From assembly GCA_043228905.1 (NCBI GenBank), contig JBHGNT010000003.1, positions 13,702,001 through 13,766,000 of the forward strand: a DNA stretch of 64,000 bases, in the 5' to 3' direction. Positions 27,098 to 38,090 of this stretch are shown here, in pieces (the stretch's first letter is position 1; the number at the start of each line of letters is the position of its first letter). Made by a program: the position numbers and the translations under genes. Source of the DNA: Azolla caroliniana. Lineage: Eukaryota > Plantae > Polypodiophyta. Below the pieces are notes generated by a model. The model did not search any database and was not told where the DNA came from. It saw only the letters and a list, made by a program, of their open reading frames with translations.

Positions 27098-30085
27098 CCA
27101 TTCAACTTGTTCTCTGCTGACTACAGATGTAATCGGGCGTGCCAAAATTATACTGTGTTGTTCGGTCAACAACAACTATTGCCAACACAGTATAAGTCAA
27201 ACGTTGCTCACTGAACGTTCTACCAATGAATTGTGGTTTAGACGAATAGATACTAAAATGGCTGTAAACTTATCGATGTTAAACAAACATCGAGATCGCT
27301 ATTTACGTAATAAGTTATGACAGAAAGGAAATAGATTGACAGAGCGTTTCGTACACAGAGATTTCCAAAACTAACTTTATATTACTAAATAAAACGATGT
27401 CTCTTTACACTGCCTTCGGTTCCTTTTATAGGCAACCGGAAGGACTTCCTCATCAAGAAAACATATTGCCAAAAAGGCAAGAACTACAAAATCTCTAACT
27501 AACTATCATTTCGGTTTTTTATTTTTTACGGCAAATGCTGACGCATCGATCCTTTATACCAATCCGACTCCGACTCCGAACCTTCTACATTTCCGACTCC
27601 GACACTTCCCCACTTGTCCGCGTAACAAATGTCAAACCAATTGCATGGAATGAACAACTTGACAAATCATTTGAGACACTCAAAGAGCATGTGTGTCAGG
27701 CTCCCACTCTTCTATTACCGAACCCTTCTAAGCCTTTCTCAATCGAAACTGATGCTAGTGATTATGCTATTGGTGTCGTTCTTTATCAAGGCGGTCACCC
27801 TATTGCTTTTGAAAGTAAGAAGCTTGATGTTGCTCAATCTCGGTATTCAGTTAAAGAGAAAGAGTTTTTTGCGGTGATACATGCACTTAAAACATGGAGG
27901 CACTATCTCTATGGACATAAATTTGTGGTTACAACAAACCATCAATCATTGAGGTATTTTTGTGACTAGCCAGATCTTGTTGGTCGTAAAGGCTGTTGGG
28001 CTGACCTTATCCAAGATACCGTAAGGGTTCTATGAACACTGTTGCGGATGCTCCTAGTCACATTAAAGAAGTTAACATGCTTAGCTTCATGGAAATAAAA
28101 TTTGATCTTTTAGATCACCTTCGAGCGAAATACCTTGATGACAGTTATTTTTCGAAATACTGGACGAAAGCCTAATCTAGTTTAGATGCCGATACTAGCA
28201 CCCTACCCTTGAAGGCGACCTTTCACATTACAAACAGTTTGCTCTACCGTAGTGGAAAGGTTTCTGTTCCAGATTTACCAAACATAAAACAGAAAATTCT
28301 TCATGAATGTCATGATGCACCATCTGCTGGTCATCCTGGAATACAACACACACTCGTTCTCATCTCGAGTACTTTTTTCTAGCCTATGATGCGCTCTGAT
28401 GTGCATAAATACGTAACTCAATGCTTACAATGTCAGATTAATAAGTCGGAACGACTTAAAGCTGCGGGTGTTTTACATCCCTTAGATATTCCGAACAACA
28501 AATGGGAAAGTATCTCGATGGATTTTATTGTTAGTTTACCTCGTACACAGAGGGGTGATGATGCCATTTGGGTTGTCGTTGACAAACTAACAAAATTGCC
28601 TAGATTTATTCCTACCAAAACCATGGTAATTGCTCAACAATTAGCTTATCAATTTGTTGATGAGTTATTTCATTTTTATGGATTACCGATGGATATTGTT
28701 AGTGATCGAGATTCCAAGTTTACTAGTGACTTTTGGACTCAAATCTTTAAGAAACTAGAAACTATGTTGAGCATGAGTTCCGCAGATCATCCTGAGTCTG
28801 ATGGACAAACTGAACGAGTTAATCAAATGATTGAGGACATGCTTCGAGCTTATGTAGCAAAAACCCCTTCTAAGTGGGAGCAATTCCTTCCTATCATAGA
28901 ATTTGCCAATAATAGCTCTAAACATACATCCACCGGATATAGTCCTTTTATGTTGATGTATGGTTTTCAAACACGTGCCCTAGTTGATGTCACAATTCAT
29001 CGTGATACATTAGACAATACACGCAATTTTTTGCAAGACATGAACCAAATCTTGCATATTGCCAAAGAGAATGTCAAGACGGCTCAAGATCGTGCTCGAT
29101 TTTATGTTGATCAAGATAGAGGTCCTCGTGCATTTACTATTGGTCAAAAAGTTTTTTTGCGTGTCCTTACCGACTCTACGTCATTGTCTAGGGGCAAGTG
29201 CGCTAAGTTAGCCCCACGATATTGTGGCCCATTTGAAATCCTTAAGCGGGTTGGGTCATCTGTTTATCACCTTGCCTTACCCTGTAATGTTGGTATTCAT
29301 CCTGTTTTTCACGTTAGTCGTCTACAACCATTTTTAGGCTCTAGTGATAATACCATCACAATCCAAGATCTTGTAACATTAGAGGATTTTTCTTACAAAC
29401 CTCATGTTCCTGAACGAATTCTTGATTCTCGTACTAAATGTTTACGTTCTAAAGAGATTCTGCTATTCAAGATCAAATGGATGGATAAACCTATTGATGA
29501 TGCCACATGGGAACGCGAGCATACTCTTAAGGCACAATTTCCTAACTTTATATTGCAAGAGTGCAATCTTTTGAAGTAGGGGAGTATGTTATGTACACAT
29601 AACATTGGTGAGGGTAGGTCACCAATATTTACATTAGTGAAGGGTATGTTCACTAATGTTAAAAAGGGGACTAATGATTGGATAGAATGAATGATAGGTG
29701 CATGCACTATCATGATTTGGACAACCAATGAATGGAGAGCCTTTTAGAAAGGCACATCTATTCAAGGGGCCTCAGAAAAGGTATAAATATGAGGCTTAAC
29801 TACCCTCATAATCACATTACGTCGGAAGGCTGTTGTCTTAGACATTGGTGGTGCGAGCTAGGCTTTCGTCTCGATGATCATATTTATCTCTTCTAAGGTA
29901 TTAGTCGTCCTAATATCCGGCGGTATGGGACGTCAGTGGTAGGTTGGCTATGTCTAGATCATAGCTCGGGGATGGTCGGGTGGAACGTGTTCTTCTATCC
30001 ATTCTATTTTCCTTCTTTTACTTTAGTTTGGTCTATTGATTAGTAATATACTCTTAACAGCCCGGTTCTTGTCTAAGGCCACCGA

Positions 30086-30826
30086 CCCTTTTAGTGGTGT
30101 CGGTGGAAAGCATCCGCTCTATGATCGATCAAGCCCCGCCTAGGCTTGATTCTCCAATGTCTGGACTTTCGGCCCCGATGCCGATCCCGCCGGACTCGTT
30201 CTGTACTCTCAATCATCTTCTTCCCGACTCCCGACCTTCGCCCGGTCGTTCTTTCTCCCCATGTAAAAGAGGGCAGCTCGTCCCAGACCCTCTCCCGTAT
30301 CAGCACCTTCATACCGAACCCTGCCCTTGTTGAACGATCCACATCCGGATCCTGCTCCATCCGAATCGGAATGCCGACCAGTTCGATCGCCGGTCAGGTC
30401 GGCTTTCGATTCCGCTCCCTTCGGCACCGGCTCTCATTTCCTCTTTCTCTACCGCTCCCTTTTAGTGGTGTCGGTGGAAAGCATCCACTCTATGATCGAT
30501 CAAGCCCCACCTAGGCTTGATTCTCCAATGTCCGGAGTTTCAGCCCCGATGCCGATCCCGCCGGACTCGTTCTGTACTCTCGATCATCTTCTTCCCGACT
30601 CCGGACCTTCGCCCGGTCGTTCTTTCTCCCCATGTAAAAGAGGGCAGCTCGTCCCAGACCCTCTCTTGTATCAGCACCTTCATACCGAACCCTGCCCTTG
30701 TTGAACGATCCACATCCGGATCCTGCTTCATCCGAATCGGAATGCCGACCAATTCGATCGCCAGTCGGGTCGGCTTCCGATTCCGCTCCCTTCGGCACCG
30801 GCTCTCATTTCCTCTTTCTCTACCGC
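30086..30826. repeat. Tandem duplication, 371-bp unit, two copies
   Basis: CCCTTTTAGTGGTGTCGG at 30086 and 30457; paired ORFs in the track are offset by 371. Confidence 0.92.
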
Positions 30827-31928
30827 GGCTCCGTCATCGCAAGACATTTCCCATCCAACTTCGTTGGCATCATGCCAGGACTCCTCGTTGGCGCCTTCCA
30901 TCTCTCCGGTCTTATGTCGGCACATGGGCTCGACTACTAGAGTCTCCGAAATCCGCGTGGAGGGCTCTCCTCTACTCCCGACCTCCTCCTCGGCCGGTCT
31001 TTCTCCGCAAGTCAAGAGGGTGTCTCGCTCCACACCCTCTCCCGTGGTACCGTCATACCATTCCTCGGCCTCTACCTGGGCTATGTCCGCCCTGTTCGGA
31101 AGGCCGACTAGCTCTAAGTCTTCAGGATCCATCCGCGTGCCGGATCTCTCTTCTTCTTCAACCATCGCCTTCAGAGCCTTGTATGCTACCTGGACCAGGG
31201 CTTCGACATCAAGCTTCTCCGATCCTTCTTGTTGTGTGCCCACCTCCTGTCGTGATGACGCGTCGTCGTGCGTTATCTTCCTTTCTCCCTTCACGAACCG
31301 CTCCACATCCAACTGTCGACATACTCATTCAACTTCTGACCAGTCCTCGGTACGGCCATTCGCTTCGTCATCATCTTTAAGCTCAATTCCGATGGCCTCC
31401 TATTCCACTTGGTTGATCGACCTAACGAACAACAGGACTTTGTCCACCCCCACCAGACTTTGTTCCCGCTCCGGGAGCCGAGCAAGCCACCGCTTGAACT
31501 CTCGGAACGCCTTCGTTGCACCCCGATGGGTCTTCGCTGATGCAACCCACTGGTCGAAGTCGCGTCCCCCGGCTCTTCGGCCATCCTCTGTATGCCTACA
31601 GGAGCACCTCTTCGAAGGCCTCCCACGAACTATGAGCTTCCCGGAGCTCCCCTACTTCCGCGTGCATACGGACGGCGACGACCCGAAAGAAGAACTCCAG
31701 CCTCAATGCCTCCTCTATTCCTCACACCTCCATTTCCGCATTGTAGGCTTCCAAGTAGGATGGGACTTTGTCCCCGTTGAAACGGCCGACTCTTTTGACC
31801 ACACGCTCAATAGCTTGTTGTGCCGCTTCTCGTCTCGTCGTCACTCGTCCGAACTCCATCACCACTACAACCGCCATTTTCGCAAAGTCTTCGTCTTCCA
31901 ACTCCATCCTCCCTTGCCGCCCTTTCAT
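30728..31928 (-). pseudogene. Gag-like coding region of T1, frameshifted
   Basis: ATG overlaps the PBS; IERVVKRVGRFNGDKVPSYLEAYNAEM resembles a retrotransposon Gag N-terminus. Confidence 0.65.
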
Positions 31929-31941
31929 GTCGGGTTCACCA
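31925..31941 (-). promoter_or_regulatory. PBS, tRNA-Trp
   Basis: TGGTGAACCCGACATGA, 4 nt from the LTR, is complementary to the plant tRNA-Trp 3' end ...TCACGTCGGGTTCACCA (recalled) with one mismatch. Confidence 0.8.
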
Positions 31942-32870
31942 AAGATGTCGCGGTAATCCGCGAGTATGTGTCGAAAGGGGTGGGACCACGGGGGTCTCGG
32001 ACGAGGAAGAGATGGATGTCGGGAGACCGACTCTCTCCGGTCTTGGCTATATATGCTGTGGCGCAAACCAGAGCGATTCCGGACACATACCAGAGGCTAT
32101 CGAACGCGAGAGAGAGAGAGAGAGTACGTGCAACACCGACTCAACACACACTACTTATGTACAAAAAGGGAACAAAAGAAACTCCGAAGATACAGACACA
32201 GACACAGACACAGATGCACAAAACTTCTCCATATAGTACAAGAGCAAGATACAATGTCAGCTTCGAGCCGGACCAAGGTAGGTTAGGTTACAACAACAGT
32301 CTGCTGCCAAGCTGCCGATCAGGGAGCTTTCAGGCTTGTCGCATCGAGCGGGGTCTTGCACAGGACACAGAGTAGAAACGAAAACCCCATAGGACATACA
32401 AGCTCTTAACCAGACTAAACCCTAAACAGACATGAAGAAGAAGACCTCAAAGAAACTCTAAAAGTAAAAGGAAGAAAGTTATCGAACCCTAGATCTAAGT
32501 GGTATACCCTCCTAACTCAAAATGGCAACCCCTTCACAAGAGACCCCTCCCTTCCTTTTATAGCCCAAGGAGGGAGGGACGTTACAATGTGGGATAAATT
32601 CTCCCCCTTATTCTATACACCATTTCCCTACTATACATGTGCACATGTTGCACATTGCCGACTTGCCCATTTCATCCCAGTTTCACACCAAAGCCAGAAA
32701 TCTTCACGACACCGGAATCGGATGGGTGATCAATCAGGAGGATGAGGCCGACCTGTAGTTCCCCATCCGGTTAAGTGCAAAGGTGCCAAATTGAGTGGCA
32801 GTGAGTATACGCCCAAGTTAAGCGCGAGCTTTGGGGTATCGTTTCGGCAATCAATGTCATGATATGACAA

Positions 32871-32924
32871 GACTCGAACCCATGACCTTATGCTACATGG
32901 GTCGAGCTCTTGACCATTAGACTA
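32871..32924 (-). promoter_or_regulatory. tRNA-like Pol III internal promoter (A box and B box) in the LTR
   Basis: Minus strand TAGTCTAATGG, 33 nt spacer, GGTTCGAGTC. Confidence 0.7.
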
Positions 32925-32999
32925 TACATTATAATACGTAGAATATTATTTTCATTTATATTTTATTATAGAAATTGATGTATATTCCATATTTCTCTG

Positions 33000-33044
33000 G
33001 AACATTCTAGAAACTTCAGGAGTATTCCTTAGAACACTATAAAA
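33000..33044 (+). promoter_or_regulatory. Heat-shock element and TATA box
   Basis: GAAcaTTCtaGAAacTTC at 33000-33017; TATAAAA at 33038. Confidence 0.72.
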
Positions 33045-33289
33045 GGAGGCACAAGGCATTATTTCGAACCAAATCGGTTCAACGCCAGTCTTAAGCCTCC
33101 TAGCTACTGTACATTTTCCTCACATAATATATATCTTTTCTTATCATCACTCTCTCTCTCTCTCTCTCGATCTCTCTCTCCCTCCCTCTCTCTCACTCGT
33201 TCCTTCTCTCGAGAGTCCTTCACCTCTCTTAGTACTAATACTTCTTTTAGTACTAATTCCTTCTCTGTCTTAGTACTGTTCCTGACAGT

Positions 33290-33301
33290 TTGAACCGATT
33301 T
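33290..33301 (+). promoter_or_regulatory. Self-priming PBS
   Basis: TTGAACCGATTT is complementary to AAATCGGTTCAA at 33071-33082. Confidence 0.8.
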
Positions 33302-33360
33302 CCCTACCTTCTGTCTCTCTCATTTCCTACTAATCTCTTATTCCTCTTTTCTTTCATCCC

Positions 33361-36300
33361 ATGGCTACTGTTAGCGCTGAAGAATATCAATCTGTTTTTT
33401 CGGAATTTCAATGCTTGAAAGAGAAGTTCCATGCTTTGGAACAAGAAAACCAACGGTTACTAGGGGATCTTCAGCAAATCTCCTTAGAAAAGCAGCAAAC
33501 GCAACAACAGCATGGGGAACTTGCATTACGCCTGCAACAACTCGAAGCCACCATCGTAGCAATGCAACAACAAGGGCCCGGAACACAAGGGATTCATAAA
33601 GAACCCAAGATTGGCCTTCCCACAAAGTTCGATGGAACGCGATCGCAGTTTAGAGGGTTCCTTAACCAGGTACGATTAGTTATTCAAATGCATCCTTCTC
33701 GATATCCCACCGATGCATCACGAGTGGGTTTAGTAGGCACTTTGTTAAATGGCTCAGCGTTGGCATGGTTCGCTCCACTATTAGAAAAGGAATCTCCGTT
33801 ACTCAACAATTTTGAAGAGTTTCTAGGTGAGTTTAAAGCATGTTTCGGAGATACTGACAGCATCAGGACCGCAATCAACAAAATTCGGTGATTACGCCAA
33901 GGTGACCGTCCAGCCTCTGCATACGCTGCAGATTTTCACCTACTCGCCGCCGATATCCCTTGGGATGATCAAGCATTGATGGAGCAATTCCGTTATGGTT
34001 TACGCAAAGACGTTAAGGATTTACTCTTGACCTTCCCCGAAGAGCCAAAGTCCTTAACAGAAGCAATCAGTCGCGCGGTGAGATGTGACAACCGCTTCTT
34101 TGAGCGACGTTCGGAACGACAACTACAAATGCTGAGGGCAATATCAGAGCCCACCTACGCCTCAGTGGTATCAAGACCTTTTCCGAGGGAGTCATATAAT
34201 GCGCCTCCAGCGAATACTCCGACTCCAATGGAGATTGACACTACACGTCGTCGAGGGCCATTATCCGAAGAAGAAAAGCAACGACGCCGTACAAATCGAC
34301 TATGTCTTTACTGCGGTGGACCAGGACATATTGCAATAAATTGCCCCCATAGGCCAAGAAGACAAGTAAACCAAATAGTCACTAGTTCTAATTGTACTAA
34401 ACCCGAGCCTATTTCAGTAGGGATATCTGATAGTCCTAATAGTACTAATAGCCCAGATCTAGCGAACAGATTTGATGTCCTTAGTCAGTTAGAAGAAGAG
34501 TTAAATGACTAAGTCCAGCCAAAATAGGAGCCGTTTGGTTGGACAGCCCTAGATCTGTGCAGCCCATTAGTGGTTCCATTCCCTCTAAGCAAGTTAGTGA
34601 TGTGTTTGTAGCCCAAGTAATAGTTAGTACTAAAAGTACCCCTCCATGTCCTAGCACTCCTAGATTCCGGAGCTAACTCTTGCTTTATGGATAGGAAATT
34701 TGCTCAAGCTCATAAGATATCCCTAAGAAAACTCCAGTGTCCAGCCTCTGTAGTAGTCATTGATGGACGTCCCATTGCTTCCGGAAATATCATAGAAGAG
34801 TCAGAGCCCATTAATATTGTCCTAGATAACTTAGCATGTGTAGTATCATTTAATATTATTAGTATCCCAGAACATCCCATAGTTTTAGGATTACCATGGT
34901 TCGAGTTCCATAACCTAGACATAGATTGGAGAACAAGAGAAATCCAGTGTCGACAAACCCAAGGTTCAACTCAGAAGATGGCAACCATTTCGCTATGTCA
35001 GTTGCGTAAAGAAGGGCACAAGGAAGAAATGTTCCTCTTTGCAATATCAGTAAACCCCTCCAGCACCACTAAAGAAGAATCCACCATTCAACTTCCTGAG
35101 AAGTATCGTCATTACATCGATGTGTTCGATAAAGTACAAGCCAACACACTTCCTCATCATCGACTGTACGATTGCCCCATCGATTTACAACCGGGAAAAG
35201 AGCCTCCATGGGGACCGATCTACAATTTGTCACCAACCGAGCTGGAAGTCCTTCGGTCCTATATAGAGGAGAATTTGGAAAATGGTTTCATTCGGCATTC
35301 GAAATCTCCAGCTGGCGCGCCCATTTTCTTCGTCGAGAAAAAGGATGGATCGCTTCGTCTCGTTGTAGATTACCGTGGCCTGAATAAGGTTACAATCAGG
35401 AATAGGTATGCTCTTCCCCTTATCTCAAGTCTTTTAGAATAGATCAATGGTGCCAGGTTCTTCACGAAGATGGACTTACGGGGAGCATATAACTTCGTAC
35501 GGATCCGACCAGGAGACGAATGGAAGACCGCATTTCGCACCAGATATGGGCACTTCGAGTATACGGTCATGCCGTTCGGCCTCACTAATGCGCCGGCAAT
35601 CTTCCAGCACATGGCTAATGATATATTCCGAGATCTATTGGATGATTGTTTGATCATCTATTTGGATGATCTACTGGTTTATTCAAAGACCCAAGAAGAA
35701 CATGATTCTCATGTACTATTAGTACTAAAACGACTTCAAGAACATGGTCTGTATGCAAAGCTGGAAAAATGTAGTTTCGGGTGCAACCAAGTGGAATTTC
35801 TCGGGTACATCATTCCATCAGAAGGCATCTCCATGGACCCAGCTAAGGTCAAAACGGTGGTAGAATGGCAGACTCTGCGTTCGGTGCGGGATGTGCAATG
35901 CTTCCTAGGCTTTGCCAATTTTTACCGGAAGTTCATACAAAATTACTCAAAGATCGTTCTACCTCTCACACAACTTACCAGGAAGGGACAACCGTTCATC
36001 TGGTCTGAAGAAACGGACATGGCTTTCGAGAGTGTTAAAAAGGCATTTACATCGGCTCCAATTCTAGCTCATGTCGATCCGGAAAAACCATTCATTATCG
36101 AAGCTGATGCATCGGATTTTGCATTGGGGAGCATTCTGTCACAACAGGGGAATGATGAGAAGCTACATCCTGTGGCTTTTCACTCACGCAAGTTTGACGC
36201 CGCCGAAATCAACTACGAAATTCATGATAAGGAGCTATTGGCAATAGTGGATTCTTTTATACAATGGAGGCATTTTCTGGAGGGATCCTCTCATCCGGTC

Positions 36301-38090
36301 ATTGTATTTAGTGACCACAAGAACCTTGCCTACTTTCAGGATGCTCGTGTGTTGAATCGACGTCAAGCTCGGTGGGCCCACTTCCTCACGCGTTTTGACT
36401 TCAAAATTACATATCGTCCAGGGAAGCACCAAGGGTAGGCAGATGCATTATCACGGCGTTCGTATCTAGCACCCCGTCCTGGCGAGCCAGCTTTCGATAA
36501 CCAAAAACAAGTCATCTTGGGACCGGCACGACTACAAGCAACACAGATCTTTGACATGCCCATGGATTCCCGCGTTATCGATACCATACGTGAAGACTTG
36601 AAGACAGATGTGTTTGCCCAAGCTATACTAGCACAAATTGATCCCTCTCGCGTGTCGTGTTCACAGTCGCAACCACCAGGTACGGACTATCGGCAATTCA
36701 AATCCATGATGGATTACTCTTCTTTAAAGAACTTGTGTATGTTCCTAATGGTTCTTGCCGTCTTCAAGTAGTACAAAACTGTCATGACACGTATACAGCT
36801 GGGCATTTTGGTAGTACTAAAACATTACATTTAGTACAATGATCATTCTGGTGGCCCTGTATGCGACAATTTGTCGAGAATTTTGTTCGGACTTGTGATA
36901 CATGCTGCAGAGCGAAAATGCCAAGGCATCATCCATATGGTTTATTAGAACCATTACCAATTCCAAGCAAGCCGTGGCAATCCATTGCTCTAGACTTCAT
37001 CACAGATCTTCCAGTCTCTAAGGGGTTCAATGCGATTCTAACGGTGGTCGATCGATATACGAAGATGGCTCATTTCTTGCCATGTACGAAGGAGATCTCC
37101 AGTGAAGACACTGCCGAAATTGTCATGCGTGAAGTATGTCGGCATCATGGACTTCCCGATAGTATCATCAGCGACCGTGGACCCCAGTTCGTGTCAAAAT
37201 TTTGGAAGCACCTTTTTAACATGCTCAAGGTCACTTGTAACCTCTCCTCCGGCTACCACCCCCAAACCGATGGCCAAGCCGAACGAACCAATCAAACGCT
37301 GGAGCAGTATGTGCGGTGCTTTCTCAGCTATCATCAGGATGACTGGGCAGATATTCTCCACTTCGCCGAATTTGCCTATAACAACTCTATCCACGCATCC
37401 ACTAAAGTTACGCCATTTTATGCTTATACGGGATGTCACCCCCGGTGGTGTGTACTTGAAACCCCAGAGGTGTCCACAAATCCTTGCGCAGAAGATCGTT
37501 TGGAGAGGTTACGCAAGATACAAGCGGATGTATCTACTCACCTCCAACAAGCTCAACAAACACACAAGGTTTATGCGGATCGTCATCGACTCCCATCTAG
37601 TTTTAACATTGGAGATCGGGTATGGCTTCTCCGACGACACATCAAGACCACTCGCCCATGTGAGAAGTTGGATTATCGGCGATTAGGTCCTTTCCGTATT
37701 ATAGGAAAGATTAATGATGTCGCTTTTCGTCTTGATCTACCTCCACAACTTCGGATACATCCGGTGTTTCATAGTTCTCTCCTCGAACCCTATCAAGAGA
37801 GCACCATCCTAGGACGTATTACACAGCCTCCACCCCCGATCGAGCTTGAAGATGGACCTGAGTACGAGGTTGCTGCCATCCTTGATTCCAAGCTTGTTCG
37901 CAACAAGCTCTACTATCTAGTCGATTGGCTAGGATATAGTCCCAACGAGCGTACTTGGGAACCGATAGAGAATGTCACCAATGCTCGTGCTCTTCTTGAA
38001 GACTTCCATCGTCAATATCCAGACAAACCGGGTCCTCAATCCAAAACGACTAGTTACACTCGTCGTTTTAAAGGGGGGATAGTGTCATGA
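33361..38090 (+). pseudogene. gag and pol (PR-RT-RNase H-IN-chromodomain) of copy B, with several stops and frameshifts
   Basis: EPKIGLPTKFDGTRSQFRGF Gag, CLYCGGPGHIAINC, YLDD, EYEVAAILDSKLVRNKLYYLVDWLGYSPNERTWEP chromodomain. Confidence 0.93.

Larger units (their letters stand above)
10509..27627 (-). mobile_element. Decayed non-chromovirus gypsy D, a relative of element E. 5' LTR 27156-27627, 3' LTR split into 10509-10555 and 18291-18703
   Basis: The LTR copies align (CACAGTATAAGTC..., ACGTTCTACCAATGAATTGTGG...). Gag-pol and ORF2 fragments are collinear with 50967-60847. No clean TSD. Confidence 0.88.
8061..30059 (+). mobile_element. Decayed chromovirus-type gypsy C in two pieces: 8061-10508 (gag, PR, RT) and 27628-30059 (RNase H, integrase, chromodomain, 3' LTR 29587-30059); 5' LTR missing
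   Basis: CVFCKKRGHTKDTC knuckle, FDSG protease, [22 protein letters not shown] RNase H, WESISMDFI integrase, PERILDSR...IKWMDKPIDDATWE chromodomain, PPT GAAGTAGGGGAGTA; many stops. Confidence 0.88.
6146..32711 (-). mobile_element. LTR element T1, tRNA-Trp primed, no pol seen. 5' LTR 31946-32711, internally deleted 3' LTR 6146-6516, own internal sequence 6517-8060 and 30060-31945
   Basis: Both LTRs read TGTCGCGGTAATCCGCGAG...TCTTCACGACA. 4-bp TSD CCGG (6142-6145 and 32712-32715). PPT GTGGGGGTGGA at 6517-6527 on the minus strand. Confidence 0.88.

Noticed and set aside
30086-30826. CRISPR-like or satellite array
   Set aside because: Only two 371-bp copies with no spacers; a simple tandem duplication.
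30864-32375. 503-aa plus-strand ORF
   Set aside because: It is antisense to the T1 gag, runs into the LTR and has no recognisable domain.
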